Part shown: piece after piece, positions 13,488 through 27,378 of the stretch | Numbering within the stretch: the stretch's first letter is position 1 | How the letters are laid out: the number at the start of each line of letters is the position of its first letter | NCBI RefSeq assembly: GCF_041146345.1 | Contig: NW_027191402.1 | Coordinates: forward strand, 620,001 to 684,000 | Source: Neodothiora populina | Lineage: Eukaryota | Length of the DNA: 64,000 bases | Reading direction: 5' to 3' | Translations under genes and position numbers: made by a program | Notes under the pieces: model-generated | Told to the model about the DNA's origin: nothing | Seen by the model: the letters and a program-made list of their open reading frames with translations, nothing else | Database searches by the model: none

Positions 13488-14690
13488 ATGTCATCACCGC
13501 CTCTCAGTCCAATCCGGCAATACATCCCCAGCATAGAGTCACAACATGTGAATCGACGACGCCGCTCCTCTTCGTACTCGGACAACCCTTCTCCCAACAC
13601 TGCCCGTTCGAGTTACTCTGGTCACCGCCTGTCCAATTCCTCACGATACTCCCAGGGCTTGCATGAATTGAATACCCAACTCGACCACATCGACCATAAC
13701 AATGGAGGAAGCGGCGGCGGCAACCTTGCGGACGAGTTAGAGTTCGCCGACGAGGACGAGGAAGAAGCAGATGCAGACGGAGACATGGACGAGGATGCCG
13801 CGGGGGGTGACGATTCGTACCGTGACGAGCAGCACAAGCGAGAAACACAACCCTCTGTACAAGAAGACGGTGCCAGAGACAGCGGCGTCGATGTCGCATT
13901 GCGAGGATCAACCCCGCCACATGTACAGTCTTCGCTGTCACGGCCGCAGAGCAAACAACAAGGGCAACGGAACTTCTCAAGACCCATGTCTCGAGACCAG
14001 GAGCCAGACTCGCCCACGAGTATCTTTTCCATCGAGATGGAAGACGCGATGAAAGCAATCTCGAAGCTCGCTAATCCTCCTCCCCCTCCTCCTCCTCCCC
14101 GGTCCGAGGATGATGTCGTCGCGGCGGCCTTGTCGTCACTGCAGAACCTCTCGTCACAGTCGACTCTAGAAAATCACACGCAGCGCCTGACAACCTCGAC
14201 CAACAGTCTATCCTCACATCTCATCCAGCAAACAAAGCTTCTTTCCTCTCTGTCTTCGTCGTTATTCGCTCCCTTTGGTCTTGCCACACCACTAGACATG
14301 GCAACTATAGGAGAAGTGATTCCGGAGATGCTGCAGCTGCTACAAAACCTGCCAACTCCAGACCCTCGCACCCTACAAGGCCTCGCCAAGTTCGATCGAG
14401 AGACGACAGACCTGCTGCGCACGCTAGCCAGCCTGACAGACTCTCTCCAAATGGGCAAACAAGCGACGAGCAGCGCAGCGCGCCACCTACGGAGCACGCA
14501 CACCATGGTCACGCAGCTCAGACTAGAGAGCGATCTGGCCGAGCAGGCGCAATGGAAGCTGGAAAAGGAAGGTTGGGACAAGAAGCTGGACGAGAGATGG
14601 TGCGCTAGGGAATGCAGTGATGTCGTCGGTGGCTTCGAGCAAGTGTGTGAAGGGCTGAGACGCGGGCTCGAAGAGAGCATCACTGTATAA
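13488..14690 (+). CDS. Hypothetical protein, disordered N-terminus with helical/coiled-coil C-terminus (400 aa)
   Basis: Uninterrupted ATG ORF with protein-like composition (NLADELEFADEDEEE, DGARDSGVDV, C-terminal RECSDVVGGFEQVC). No function recognised. Confidence 0.75.
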   Translation: MSSPPLSPIRQYIPSIESQHVNRRRRSSSYSDNPSPNTARSSYSGHRLSNSSRYSQGLHELNTQLDHIDHNNGGSGGGNLADELEFADEDEEEADADGDMDEDAAGGDDSYRDEQHKRETQPSVQEDGARDSGVDVALRGSTPPHVQSSLSRPQSKQQGQRNFSRPMSRDQEPDSPTSIFSIEMEDAMKAISKLANPPPPPPPPRSEDDVVAAALSSLQNLSSQSTLENHTQRLTTSTNSLSSHLIQQTKLLSSLSSSLFAPFGLATPLDMATIGEVIPEMLQLLQNLPTPDPRTLQGLAKFDRETTDLLRTLASLTDSLQMGKQATSSAARHLRSTHTMVTQLRLESDLAEQAQWKLEKEGWDKKLDERWCARECSDVVGGFEQVCEGLRRGLEESITV

Positions 14691-15383
14691 GACTTTGAAC
14701 GAGACAAAAAAACAAGAGGGACGTAGTAATCCGAAGCCTCGAGTCTCTTTTCTTCATATGTCCGTCTCTGCTGTTTCGTCCATCTATCTCTGTCGTAGTT
14801 GTCGCTCTCGTTTCTCTTCAGCGTTTTATTCTGCTGCACCAGCCACCCAGCCCACTAGCCCAGTGTCCGATATACCCTGCTCTCGCTTCCCTCGCCTAGC
14901 CAGTCCATTCACCTTCACTATCTTTGTTATCTTCATAGTCGTCGAGATAAGTGAGGATGAATAATGTACCTTAGACAATACAGGGGTGGTCTGCACTTTC
15001 ACTTTTTGCGCAACACTTTCTCGAAAATGTACTTTAGGTGAGGTACGAGTCCTTTCCATACTGCCACTTTGCTTCCCCTTCCTTCCGGGAGAGAAAGTAG
15101 GTACTTTGAAGTGTGAGAAGGGTGTGCTTTCTGCAGTGCTCCTCCCGCTGCTGGTGCTACTGCCGCCACGCTCATACCTTGTTCGCGAATCGCTACTTCC
15201 TAATGCGTGGAGTTCTGGTCGCTTTTTCGTACTCCTGGTTCCTTCTCTGTTTGCATGCGGTTGGAGACTGGCAACTCCAGACTTGAGCAATCTAAGCTAT
15301 TCGCTGGTTCCGATCGCTGCGTCTTCATTTTCTTGTTCTTCTATGCAAGAGAAGAATTAGAGGACTAAAGTGTGCGGGTAAAT

Positions 15384-16016
15384 ATGGCAGATGATACTTC
15401 GACCTGTGGGGCTCGTCCTGTTGGAGATTATACCACTGGTACTACTACACTTGCTGTCGATGACGGCGTTGAAGCAAGCACTCAAGAGGATCGATGGCCT
15501 GGAAGCGAAACATCGGAAGCAGACAGAAGCGAATCAGAATCCGACGAGAACAGCAGCAGCTCCAACGAAGAAGACCAGCAGAAAAAACAACAATCCAAAA
15601 TCTACCTGGTACAAATGCAAGTGCTGGACAACAGCTCAAGTCCCTGCGTGCCTCCAGCAGCGTTCTATTCACAGCATAGAGCGCAGGCTTACGCGCTTCA
15701 TATCTTCAGAGACTACTGCAATCAGAACTACGATGATTTCGTCTATAGAGGACCACAGACGGTGGAAGACGGGTCTTCGACTGCTCGGTCTCGCTATTCT
15801 GCTCGCCACGGTCAGACTTGCAGGCGATTGGTTGTTGTGGATGTGGTTCGCGTCGCTCTTGTTGATGGACCAGGTGTGAACAGTGAGCTGGACGTGCCTC
15901 AGCTCAGCGACAGCGACGGGAGTGAGGATTACAGCGATGTGGACAGCGATTCCGAATCATCGTTTGAGGAAGAGGCCGAACACAAGCTTTGGAGAGGCCC
16001 TAGACCGGTGGACTGA
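15384..16016 (+). CDS. Orphan hypothetical protein with acidic termini (210 aa)
   Basis: ATG at 15384 in the 15372-16016 ORF; acidic low-complexity ends flank a ~90-aa alpha/beta-like core (KIYLVQMQV..AFYSQHRAQAYALHIFRDY..LVVVDVVRV). Confidence 0.4.
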   Translation: MADDTSTCGARPVGDYTTGTTTLAVDDGVEASTQEDRWPGSETSEADRSESESDENSSSSNEEDQQKKQQSKIYLVQMQVLDNSSSPCVPPAAFYSQHRAQAYALHIFRDYCNQNYDDFVYRGPQTVEDGSSTARSRYSARHGQTCRRLVVVDVVRVALVDGPGVNSELDVPQLSDSDGSEDYSDVDSDSESSFEEEAEHKLWRGPRPVD

Positions 16017-16167
16017 AGGTAGAAGGATTTGCGATGGATTCATGTTCTAGTATGGCTCTACGCAGACTGGAAGAAGCAGAGCTGGGTAAAGACGCATCAG
16101 TGTCGCAGAGACAGGACAAAAAGAACAAGGAAAATCATTTACGATGGATTAGCAGCATGAAGTGGGT

Positions 16168-16221
16168 GAAAGAAAAGAAAAGAAAAGAAAAGAAAAGAAA
16201 AGAAAAGAAAAGAAAAGAAAA
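16168..16221. repeat. (AGAAA)10 microsatellite
   Basis: Perfect pentanucleotide run read directly. Confidence 0.95.
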
Positions 16222-16697
16222 GGGGCCAAGACGTGTATGAGCATCAACATACACACGCCCACACACATACACACTGTTTACCTATATCGTAAGTCGGACT
16301 GGACGAGTACTGAAGTGTAGTCGAATATAAGGTGCTGTAACCTGCAGTCCTAGCGCGCCCCAAAGACAGAACTGCAGAAGCAGGCAGGGCCCGGGAAAGG
16401 CACTCAGCTGACAGAAAAGGAAGCGGCCAATCAGCGGGTCGGTGTCAGCCGGGCAGAGCCAGTAGCGCAGCTTTCAATTCGAACCTCAAATCTACACGCA
16501 GCCAACAACTTCCCACCCTGCCCTGACGCAACGAGCCATTGATCCACCACCACCACCTCCCAATCCTCAGTCGCAGTGTACGCTTTGTCGTCGTCCCCGG
16601 CCCATCTGTTACTTCGTCTGCCTCTGCCTCTTACACTCCTCTAGCATCTATTACTCCGCTCCGTCAGAGAGGGAACCATAAAAAAATCCACATCGCA

Positions 16698-17451
16698 ATG
16701 CTTCGCAGCTCCGTGTTCCGCGCTGCCAGCTCGGCCGGTGCTCTTCGCCAGTCCACTCCTGCTGCCGCCGCTCGCCTGAACCAGTTCCGCCAGGCACACG
16801 CCATCTCCAACCCTACCCTTGCCAACATCGAGAAGAGATGGGAGGCCATGCCGCCCCAGGAGCAGGCCGACCTCTGGATGGCTCTGAGAGATCGCATGAA
16901 GGTTGACTGGACCGAGTTGACCCTCCAGGAGAAGAAGGCTGGTATGTCCCAACACGCCCATGGTCCTTCATCAATCTGTCCTACCTGTTGGCTTGCTTTT
17001 TCCGGCAACACCACGACATCCTGTGCGGCAGGCTGCCTGCGCGCCCAATCTCCACCCCGCACCCCGGCTTCACTCCACCGTCACATTGTCGCTGACACTT
17101 TTCTCATAGCATACTGGATCGCTTTCGGTCCCCACGGTCCTCGCGCTCTCCCCCTCCAGGTGAGGGCACCCAGGTCTTCATGTACGTCATGGGTGGCCTC
17201 GGTTTCACCGCTGTGCTTTTCGGTCTCGCTCGCTACTTCGCTCGTGGAGACCCACCTACCATGAACCGGGAATACCAGGAAGCCAGTGATGCATACCTCA
17301 AGGTAGGAAATATCGCGCTTGCCTTAGCTCCGTTGCAGCTACTAATGCGCTTTTGCAACAACAGGAGAGCAAGGTCGAGCCCATCACCGGTATCTCTGCC
17401 GACGACTTCAAGGGTGGCTTCACGGTCCAGAGCAAGCCCAAGGCCAAGTAG
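16698..17451 (+). CDS. COX5: Cytochrome c oxidase subunit 5 (COX IV family), 3 exons, apparent 1-nt frameshift
   Basis: Presequence MLRSSVFRAASS, then AISNPTLANIEKRWEAM..DWTELTLQEKKAAYWIAFGPHGPR; introns 16942-17109 and 17303-17364; C-terminus TMNREYQEASDAYLKESKVEPITGIS. Frame shifts at the C-run 17150-17154. Confidence 0.9.
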
Positions 17452-18940
17452 AGTCACGTCGCCTCACGCAGCGTGCTATTGTCCTTTCCATACAAACGCG
17501 ATTGCCCTACATGAATGGCAACAGAATTCGATTGCCGGCATCTTCTTATCGTGCGTTGCATTCATCGTGCACGGGAAAAAAAAAGAGAAGGCCTCTTGTA
17601 ATTTTCTTCCACTCATGTACAAAGAACCTCATACCAATACTGGGTGCACTTTCCTTGCGTTTTCCGAATCTTGCAATTGTTTGATTTCAATGCGGTTCAG
17701 ACGTGGTAGATTACAGCCCACGTCGTATACCATACCATGTGATTATCCGGCTGCTACCGTAGAATAACGACCGACCTATCACTTGACTGCAGAATTTCCT
17801 TTCTCTCTGCTTGCGTTGCACAATCGGGTAGAAGCAGTGATTGGCTACCGAGTGGTCAATTTACCTTGACACATCAACCAATGCCTTATCTTAACCCGCT
17901 CAGTGACAGCTACTTGATTTCCACTTCGGGACCATTCGAACACCGGGTGAAGTCGGTAGTGTAGAACTTGTAACGAGAGGCAAGTCAGCCAAGCCCGTCC
18001 CCAGGTCTGGGTGGCCGGATTTGTTTCCCCGTGCGTCTAGATAGAAGAGAAACACAAGAGTAATGTACTTTGCCTTTCGTGCTACAACATGACACATGCA
18101 GTGCTGGCCTAGACTGGAGAGACGAAACAAGCATTATGAAGCATGAGGTAATGTCGGGTGTCATGTATCGCGGCATAGTAGCTGCCTCCCTCTGATACTT
18201 GCGCAGAGGCAGGAGTGTGTGCATTCGCTGAGCTGGTACAAGAATAAGGTGAGGTGGTAGTCAAGGTCTAGGTTGTAATCAATCCTCCCCGTTCCTCTGT
18301 CGGTTTTGTTGTCGTCCTCGCAATCAAGAAGAGGAACCCCGTTGGAACTAAGATTATAGTGTACGGCACTCTAAGCACACATGACACACAACTCCGCTTA
18401 GGTTTGGGGCTCACCAAGCTGCCTTGCGAAGCCTACAGTGGAATCTTGTAGAGATCAACCACCTAGCTGCTCGAACAGTACATGCACTCTACATAATCAT
18501 TGCGCTGAAACATCAACTTCGCGATGCGGCTCTGCACAGTCAACAAGACCTAATTCTCCGCTCCCTCAAATTGGCAACTGTTCCACGTTCACCATACAGT
18601 AGTAGCAGAACACACACAGCACCATTTCCCGTGCAACATTTTATTTCCACCATCTCACCTGTAACATTACTCGTGCCGCGCTCGCTGGATTTCCGTTTTA
18701 CTCGCCCCGCCATACACGCTGTAGCGCGCTGCCTCTTTACTGCTTTGCCTGTAACGACACTGATAACCCTCGCCTCGACGACCTTTGATTCTACCCCCCC
18801 CCCCCCCGTCAGGCTCACGCTGCTGCGCCTGTACGGAGCGCGATTCCTTTTGCCTTTGAGTCGCCTCTCACGACATCAGCACTCTGCGGCCGAGTCTAGG
18901 TTTTGGCCCAAACTCGTGCGCTTCTTGGCAGAAACAAAAG

Positions 18941-21466
18941 ATGGACGCTGATAACGGTCCTCACTTCGTCAAGGTGAGCGTGCAGCCCGAATGGAGATTC
19001 CCTGAAACAAACACGTAGAATATCCAATTGCCGCCTCGTCTGGGACACTAGAGGTGACCCTGATTTCTGTTGAGAGGTCGCGCTCTGACATGGTGAAACC
19101 TGAAGAATCTAGCACAGTTCGTCCGGACGCATGAGAAAGCCCTCGCGAATGCCCTCCAATTGCAGAGACGAGGCTCGTCGCAGAATGCCACCGCCATTGC
19201 GGCTGGCGCCTCGCCCAATCCTTCTTCCATTTCGTCGCCCTCTTCAGCCTCGAGTACCATTGCCGCCGCGCTCTCGCTGCCCTATTGGGGCTTCACCTCC
19301 CAGAATCTCAAACCCGTGAAACTCAACCTCACCCCCCATCATCTGTTCTACCTCCTGTCGCGCTTTGAAGAGCTAGGTATCCTCGTCGGGCCCATGAACA
19401 TTCGGCTGGAGAACATACACAATGAAGTCGCTCCCGGAAATTATGTCTCGTTCCAAGGATCTGCTCCCAAGTCGCGAGGACGTTCGTCGGACGGCGACTC
19501 GATACACTCCGTCTCCAGTGTGCGCAGCGTCATGTCCAGCATGTCCTCGGTCTGGTCGACCTTCACCATCGGCAACACGGCCAACAAGCTGGAGAAGCAG
19601 AAGGCGCTCGAGGAAGAGGATCTCAAATACCTCTACTCGGCCTTCACCAAAGTGCCGTGTCTGCGATTGTCGCCCGATCCTCAGTCGCGTCTCATCACTG
19701 GATACGAGGAGTTCCCCTTCGATACCGCCGTTCCTTTGTTCGCCTTCAAGAACGTCAGCGCCCTCGAAATATGCGATCTCGACTTCCGCCAGTTCTTCGG
19801 CTGGGACCGCATGTCGGAGCAGTTGCGTAGTCTCACAATCAAGAGGGGCAGCGTGGATGACTTTGCAGATCTCACAATCGGCATAGTGCTTGATGACATG
19901 GATAAGCGTCGCAAGAGGTCTTCAAAGGGCCCTGTGCCCTCTTCGCCAGCCGCTATGTGGCCATCCGCGAGCCCGAGTGTCAAGCAGAGCGAGTTGTCGC
20001 GGTCAAATTCGGCTCCGAACTCGCCATTGACCGACGGCCGTCGAGCCTCCCTCGGCAGTCCCCAGGCTCTGCTCATTTCACGGACAGAGTCTTCAGACGG
20101 GAAGAAGGCATCGGTAGCACGATCGAGGCAGCGAAGCACATCACCGATCCGACCGGCGAGCTCGCGTCACGGTTCGTCTTACGGGTACTCGTCGCGCAGT
20201 GGTCACAAGTTCAGGCGTGAGTCGGGAAGCTCAGGTTCCAGCATTCACTCGAGCACACCGAGAACCAGCTCGTCAAACCTACTTACACTCGGTATACTAC
20301 CGGCATCGAAATGGCGATTCCTTCGCCACTTGAGTCTCAGCGACAACGGACTGACCTTCATCACCGCGCACAGTCTCGCGCCGTTAGCCAGCACTCTGCT
20401 TTCACTTGACCTTTCTTCAAATCTGCTCACTGAGATCCCAGAGAGTCTAGCGACACTGACAAACCTGCGCGCACTAAATCTGTCCAACTGTATGATAGAC
20501 AGCCTACACTCGCTCGTGCGCAACCCGCTACCGGCGATCACAACACTGAACCTACGGTCGAACCGTCTCGTCTCATTGGCCGGCATCGAGCGGCTTCCCA
20601 GTCTTGAGACAGTCGATTTACGCGACAACAGGCTGACAGATCCTACCGAATTGGCGAGGCTGACCAGGATGCCCGAGATACGGAGTGTCTTCGTCATCAA
20701 GAACCCCTTTGTACGCCCGCACCCAAACTATCGAGTCACCATCTTCAACCTCTTCCGCTCCACACCCGGGTACAGCGAGGATATACTCATCGATGCGACC
20801 GGTCCGTCGTACGGCGAACGGCGACAACTGATAGAGCGTGTTCTGGAACCTGCGACGCCAGTGCTCCGATTAGATCACCCGGCCACCGAGACCAGGGTGG
20901 TTGCAGAGCATAAATCGCGTGTGCACTCGGGCGCGCAGGACGGCCCTTCGCACGCCGAGGGCGCTTCGTCGAGGCAAGCTGCGGACCCAACGACAGCCTC
21001 TCAGAGGCGACGCAAGACAACAAGGAGAAGGATTGTGGAACTATCGACCAGCGCCGCATCGCCAGCTTCACAAGCCCAGACGGGTGTAGCAGCTGCGACG
21101 ACCGCGGTGTCGCAAGACGATACCAGGCATACGTCGTCGAAGCGAGAGAGCAGGTCTCCGGCTCATCTGAGAAGACTGGACACATCGGTGGCGCACAAGG
21201 CAGAAGAGGACACCAAGGGAGAGCAAGGAGAGGACGACGCGTGTCTTGCACAGGACGAGGAAGAGGTGGGCGCCAACAGCGAATTGTACCGACAGAAGAT
21301 AGAGGCGCTCAAGAGTGATCTCGGCAGCGGGTGGTTGACCGCGCTGAGCGACGACAAGTGGAACGAGGGAAAGGCGACGACAGCGAGCAGAGAATACAGT
21401 TCAAACGGAACGAATACACGAACAGAGAGCAGGGGCGTGGCAGTAGGTGGGAGGAGTCTTGGTTGA
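18941..21466 (+). CDS. Leucine-rich-repeat protein (fungal nischarin/STK11IP-like), 2 exons
   Basis: Exon 1 18941-18973 (MDADNGPHFVK), intron to AAG 19105, exon 2 NLAQFVRTHEKALANALQ..; LRR units LRHLSLSDNGL, LLSLDLSSNLL, LRALNLSNCMI, ITTLNLRSNRL, LETVDLRDNRL; C-terminal YRQKIEALKSDLGSGWL. Confidence 0.85.
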
Positions 21467-23173
21467 TCATGTGTTTCTTTTTGTCTTTCGTTTCATCTTT
21501 TCGGTCGATATGACCAGGAGGGGCCTTTTGGATACCCCACCTACCACTGCGGCAAGGCGTTGGAGGGGTTGCTTGTGCGGGTTCAACATTTTGCGGTAAA
21601 AAAGACATCATTATTCAAAGCGGGCGGGGCAGGCAATATCTTGTTCACCACAGGCATAGCGAAGGAGTTTGCAAAAGGAAAGCTGTACAGGGGGGATACT
21701 TAAGGCGTTTTGTCACGGCGATGCAAACCAAAGAGTTTCTGCAGCGTAGTAGAATGCAAGAGAAGAAGAGGTCGCGAAAAGACGAAGTTCTCTCGCGGTC
21801 CCGAGGTTTCTAATATATCCTGCTCGAGGTATTCCACTACTCGGGAGGAGGAAGTCTTTCTGTATTGTTTTCCCCTACATCCAATCAAAGAGACAGGACG
21901 AGGCCAAAAAGAAAGGAAAAGCAAGTTGATGGGGACGCGCAAGCACGTCACGCAAGCCTCTCGAACCCTGTATGTGCGACATTTTGCTCATTTTTATAAG
22001 ACACTGAAAGTGTTACATGCGTTGAGATAAAGTGGAGTAAGAAATGATAGTGTACTATTCTGTAGTAGTACGAGCAAGTCGTACGTATACTGTTACGAGG
22101 TACTGTACTGTACCTACAATGGTACAGGTCCGGTCCCCTTGGTCAGCGGCAAGAAGCGGTCGTTGCTTCCTCTCTTGAGGTCAGGTAAGGTCATTAAGGC
22201 ACTGCGGTACCTAAGGTACTTGTACTACCTTGAGGTAAGGTAAGGTAAGTACAGCGAGTGAGGGCAAAAGGGTGCTCGTAAAGGAACCCAAGAAGGTCCG
22301 TGTGCTCTTCGTTATGGGACGCGATCAGCTTCCTCCGCAGTCCTAGAGTGGGCGGATGTTCAGGGACGGGCAAGGCAGGCATCGCTTTGCTTTGCTTTGC
22401 ATTGCTTTGCTCTGCTGGGCTGAGCTGAGCTGAGCAGAAGCTGAGCGTGTGCTCCTTGTGCTTCTTTTCTTGTGCTAACTAAAGGTGAACTAAGGTCAAC
22501 TGCCAATGCCCAGTCTTTTCCTCCCCTGCGTCGCTTGCTAAATCCAAAAGCACACGGCGCTTTACACCAGCAACAACCAATACTTTTGTCCTCGATGCAA
22601 CAACCAGCATAACAACTAATTCCATCAGAGAATACAAAAAGTGAGTATTGAAAAACACAATATTCCATCTGCAGCATTGCTCTTGTCCCTATTCAACTCT
22701 GTCCGCGTCGACAAGACACTGTTTCATCATCTTGATCATCATGTTGTTGTTTTTTCTTTGATCTTTTGCATAGTCGGAGCAGGCGCGCATTCCTTTTGGG
22801 GCGAGCGGCAGCCCGGGCTCCGTCCGTTTCATCTTCGTATTTTGATCCCAGATGCTTTCTTTCATCCGCTGACACAGGAGCGACAGCACATCAACAACCT
22901 GTTCTGTAACCCGCAAATTCCATCGCATTGCATCGCACGGTATTGCACCCGCTTGTATTGCATCCAACTGTATCTCCACTTGCTCCTAGCTCGTGCTGTC
23001 AACCCATCCACGACCAGCTGCGTCTTTCGTCCCATCCCATCGACGTCGCCTTCCGACTCAGCTCGACCGCCGGCAAAGTCACATCATCGACGAATCCTTG
23101 AACCTCCTCTAGCGACACATCCTTGTCACAAATCTTGATCCATCTGTTGCTCGACTCCTACCACCGCAAAGAG

Positions 23174-23636
23174 GTAAATCTACTCATAGCCCAGCGCCCT
23201 TTCCGACTCCATACTTGATCTCTTCCTTGCCTCATCCTATTCCGGAGGTCTTAGGAATCGAATCAATCAGCCACCTCCACCGGGTCGATCCGACAAGTTC
23301 ACCCCCATCAACACAGGCAGCATCTGCAACGCCACACAGCAGACCGCCAGGAAGAGCATCGGATCCATTCCTCGTCATAACGACACTCGAGGTGTGCGTG
23401 TAGAAGAGCGTGTGTGTGTGCGCGTGTTGTGAGAGTGAGCCTTCGCGCTCGGTGAAAGACCTGCGTAAGCTTTTATCCTTTTGTTTCTGTATCTTTTTCG
23501 CTCGCACGCCACTGGTTTTTCCTCACATCTGCCCATGCTTCTCGTCCGACTTTACTTGCTGCATCTTCCATGATCTCGCCAAGATTCGTTGAGAGATGAA
23601 ACTTCGCCCATCTTTCGTGCTCCGACTGACAGCCAG
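23174..23636 (+). other. Probable 5'-UTR intron of GLC7
   Basis: AG|GTAAAT donor at 23174 and CTGAC..CCAG ending 23636, ~100 nt upstream of the ATG. Inferred from motifs only. Confidence 0.35.
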
Positions 23637-23739
23637 TGCTCTGTAAAGCTGCCAACGGCAACGTCGCCCAACAGGAAACAGGCACTTCAACCGCGTTTGA
23701 CATCCAGCAATCGCTTTCATTCCTTCATTTAAATTCGTC

Positions 23740-24915
<1,176 letters not shown>

Positions 24916-26418
24916 GCGCGCTCGAAGGACATCCACACATCTCAATTGCGGCTTTCTTGCCCGCCATGGTCTAGAATGCCGTCCTTGCTCCCGCGTTTCT
25001 TCCATCACTGTTACCGGGTATTGGTCAATCCGGATATGTTTTGCGTTCCCTATGCCCCCGATGGGGCGAGGGAATCAGGGGTGGGGAGAAGATTGAAGGA
25101 GGCACTCGTGTCATGCACAGCAAATGCTCTGCTGGGAGATTAGGATTGGCGATTATGGGACATTCTAGTTGTGCGGGCAGAGCCTGTTGAAAATTTGCTC
25201 GTTTCTTTTTTCCCTCTCATCACTTGCTCCCCTGATTGCTTGTTCGTCATCATAATCGCCCCCCCCCCCCCCGGCCCACTCGTGTCGTATCGTGCATGAG
25301 TTGAAACGGTGGGCATGTTTTTCTTTCTTGTTTCTGTACGATGCAGGCCGAGGGTGTGCGATAGTCATTAGAGCGAGGTCAGGGGAAGATGAGGGCGAGA
25401 AGGGAAAGGCGGGTCGCCTAGGGGGTGGTGGTCAGAGGAATAGGAAGGGAACACAGGGTGTAGGAAATCTTTTTTGTTCTCTTTTTCCTTTTTTTTGTTC
25501 TTCGCGGTTTTTCTCGATACAATTATGCGATGAAACAGGCTTTAGCTTCCTTTTCTTTCTGGGTCTTTGCTTCGTTCATGTTCCTTGTTCCGCCTTCGTC
25601 CTGTCATGCATGCTACTGCCATTGTCACTGTCACTGTCACTTGGCGCTCTCGACTCGACTCGGTATCCAAGCCATCGATGTCTCAACCATCGATCCGTGT
25701 AGTGATAGTCATTGTCAGAGCAACGGAGACAGTCTCCTATCTCTCTCCTTATACAAGCTCTCAGTTCCGAGAGAGGGATGGTTTGCGAACTTTGCTCCCT
25801 TCTCACTTTGATGGGTGTATGTATGAGTCTCGCTTCTTCCTACAAAGGGTTCATGTGATTGTCGCTTTCCTTCTCAAGGTTGGTTGGTATATCTCTCTCT
25901 AGCTCTTGTTTTGTCGAAATGGGGGGGGGGGGGTTTACATGCATGCTATTCGCTTTTCACTTTCTCGCCCTCTCTGTTCCGGGGGTCGGTATATCTCTCG
26001 CTTCTCGTTCTGAAGATTTTATGTGAATTTTCGCTTCTCAATTCGAGGGTATCATCGTTCTCGCTCTCGTTCTTCCATGGTCTTACTGCCACGCAATTCG
26101 CTTCTCGCATCTTTTTGATACAGCTGGCTCGTGGAGATTTCTCGCCTTTCCGATTCAAGGGCTGGTATGGTATGCATCTCGCGTCTTACTTCAAGGTTTG
26201 TGCATGAGTCTCGTTGCTCGCTTTGAGAATGGATGTCCCCATCGTTTGTCGTTCTTAAGGTTTGTATGGACTCGTAGGGTCTGTTTGTTTGTATATCACT
26301 CGCTCGCGCCTCTCGTCTCGAAGGTGGACTATGCCTTGACGCTGGAGCGTGTCGTTGCTGGATTCGGTCTTTTCGTTACTGCTGTTTGATTACTGTTGTT
26401 GTGAATATTGCTGCTCTA

Positions 26419-26557
26419 GACTAATGCTGCTATGGACTAATGCTGCTATGGACTAATGCTGCTATGGACTAATGCTGCTATGGACTAATGCTGCTATGGA
26501 CTAATGCTGCTATGGACTAATGCTGCTATAGACTACTGCTGCTATAGACTACTGCTG
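26419..26557. repeat. 16-bp minisatellite (GACTAATGCTGCTATG), ~8.7 copies
   Basis: Six perfect units, then two variant units (..CTATA; GACTACTG..) and a partial unit. Confidence 0.95.
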
Positions 26558-27378
26558 TCATGCCTGCCTCCCTACGTACTTACCCAGCTCTCGTGTATCA
26601 TATAACCCCGTCCCATCCCATTCTATTTCATCCGTCCTATCACATTCCATCCCATGCCACCCCTTGTTCCTACTCCTCCCTCCCCGTCCTGTTCATGGCC
26701 TTTCTTGCCGCGACAACGTCCTCTTTACCCCCGAGTATCATCACAGATCTGAGTCTCTTCATCCCTAATTGACGTGGTTGATGTGGCTGGTGTGACTACA
26801 CGATCCGACCGTGGCTCAGTCCGCAGGAGGGTACAGCTTTAGCATGCCTATAGACCAGACGAGGATACAGAATAGAGGGAGCCAGCCACAGACCAAACAT
26901 GCCTATGGACCGAACGTGGATCTCATCTCACCGCGACGTTACAGAACCAAGAGTCTTTTGTTTCAGACTGCTGTGGCGCCGTCGAATGTGCGGGCAGATA
27001 GAAAGTGCAATGTGGAAAGTGGCGGGCTGTACTAGAGCTTGCTTCTGGTCGAACCTGGCTCCAGATACATCGTGCGTCCTGAACCGAAGCTGCCTCCATA
27101 TAGCTCGTGCGTCCTGATCTAAAGTTGGGAGCTCGAACTTGCTTTATGATTGATGTGTGATCAGATGTGTGACTGGATGTGCCTTTAGACCGGCCTGGCA
27201 CGGTTTGGAATAGTATGAGCAGTTAAGCAGAGATGTGTCGGTTCTGTCTAGTATCCTACAGAAAACAGAATGTTCGCCTGGATTTGAGTCTCAGCTATCC
27301 AGCCTACTCCGGTGTAGTTGTTAGTCCAGTCGAGTCCGGTCAAGTCCGGTACAGGCATTTGACCCGGTACAGTCAGTA

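Noticed and set aside
26419..26557. Possible CRISPR array or telomeric repeat
   Set aside because: Units are contiguous with no spacers, the context is eukaryotic, and the unit is not TTAGGG-like.
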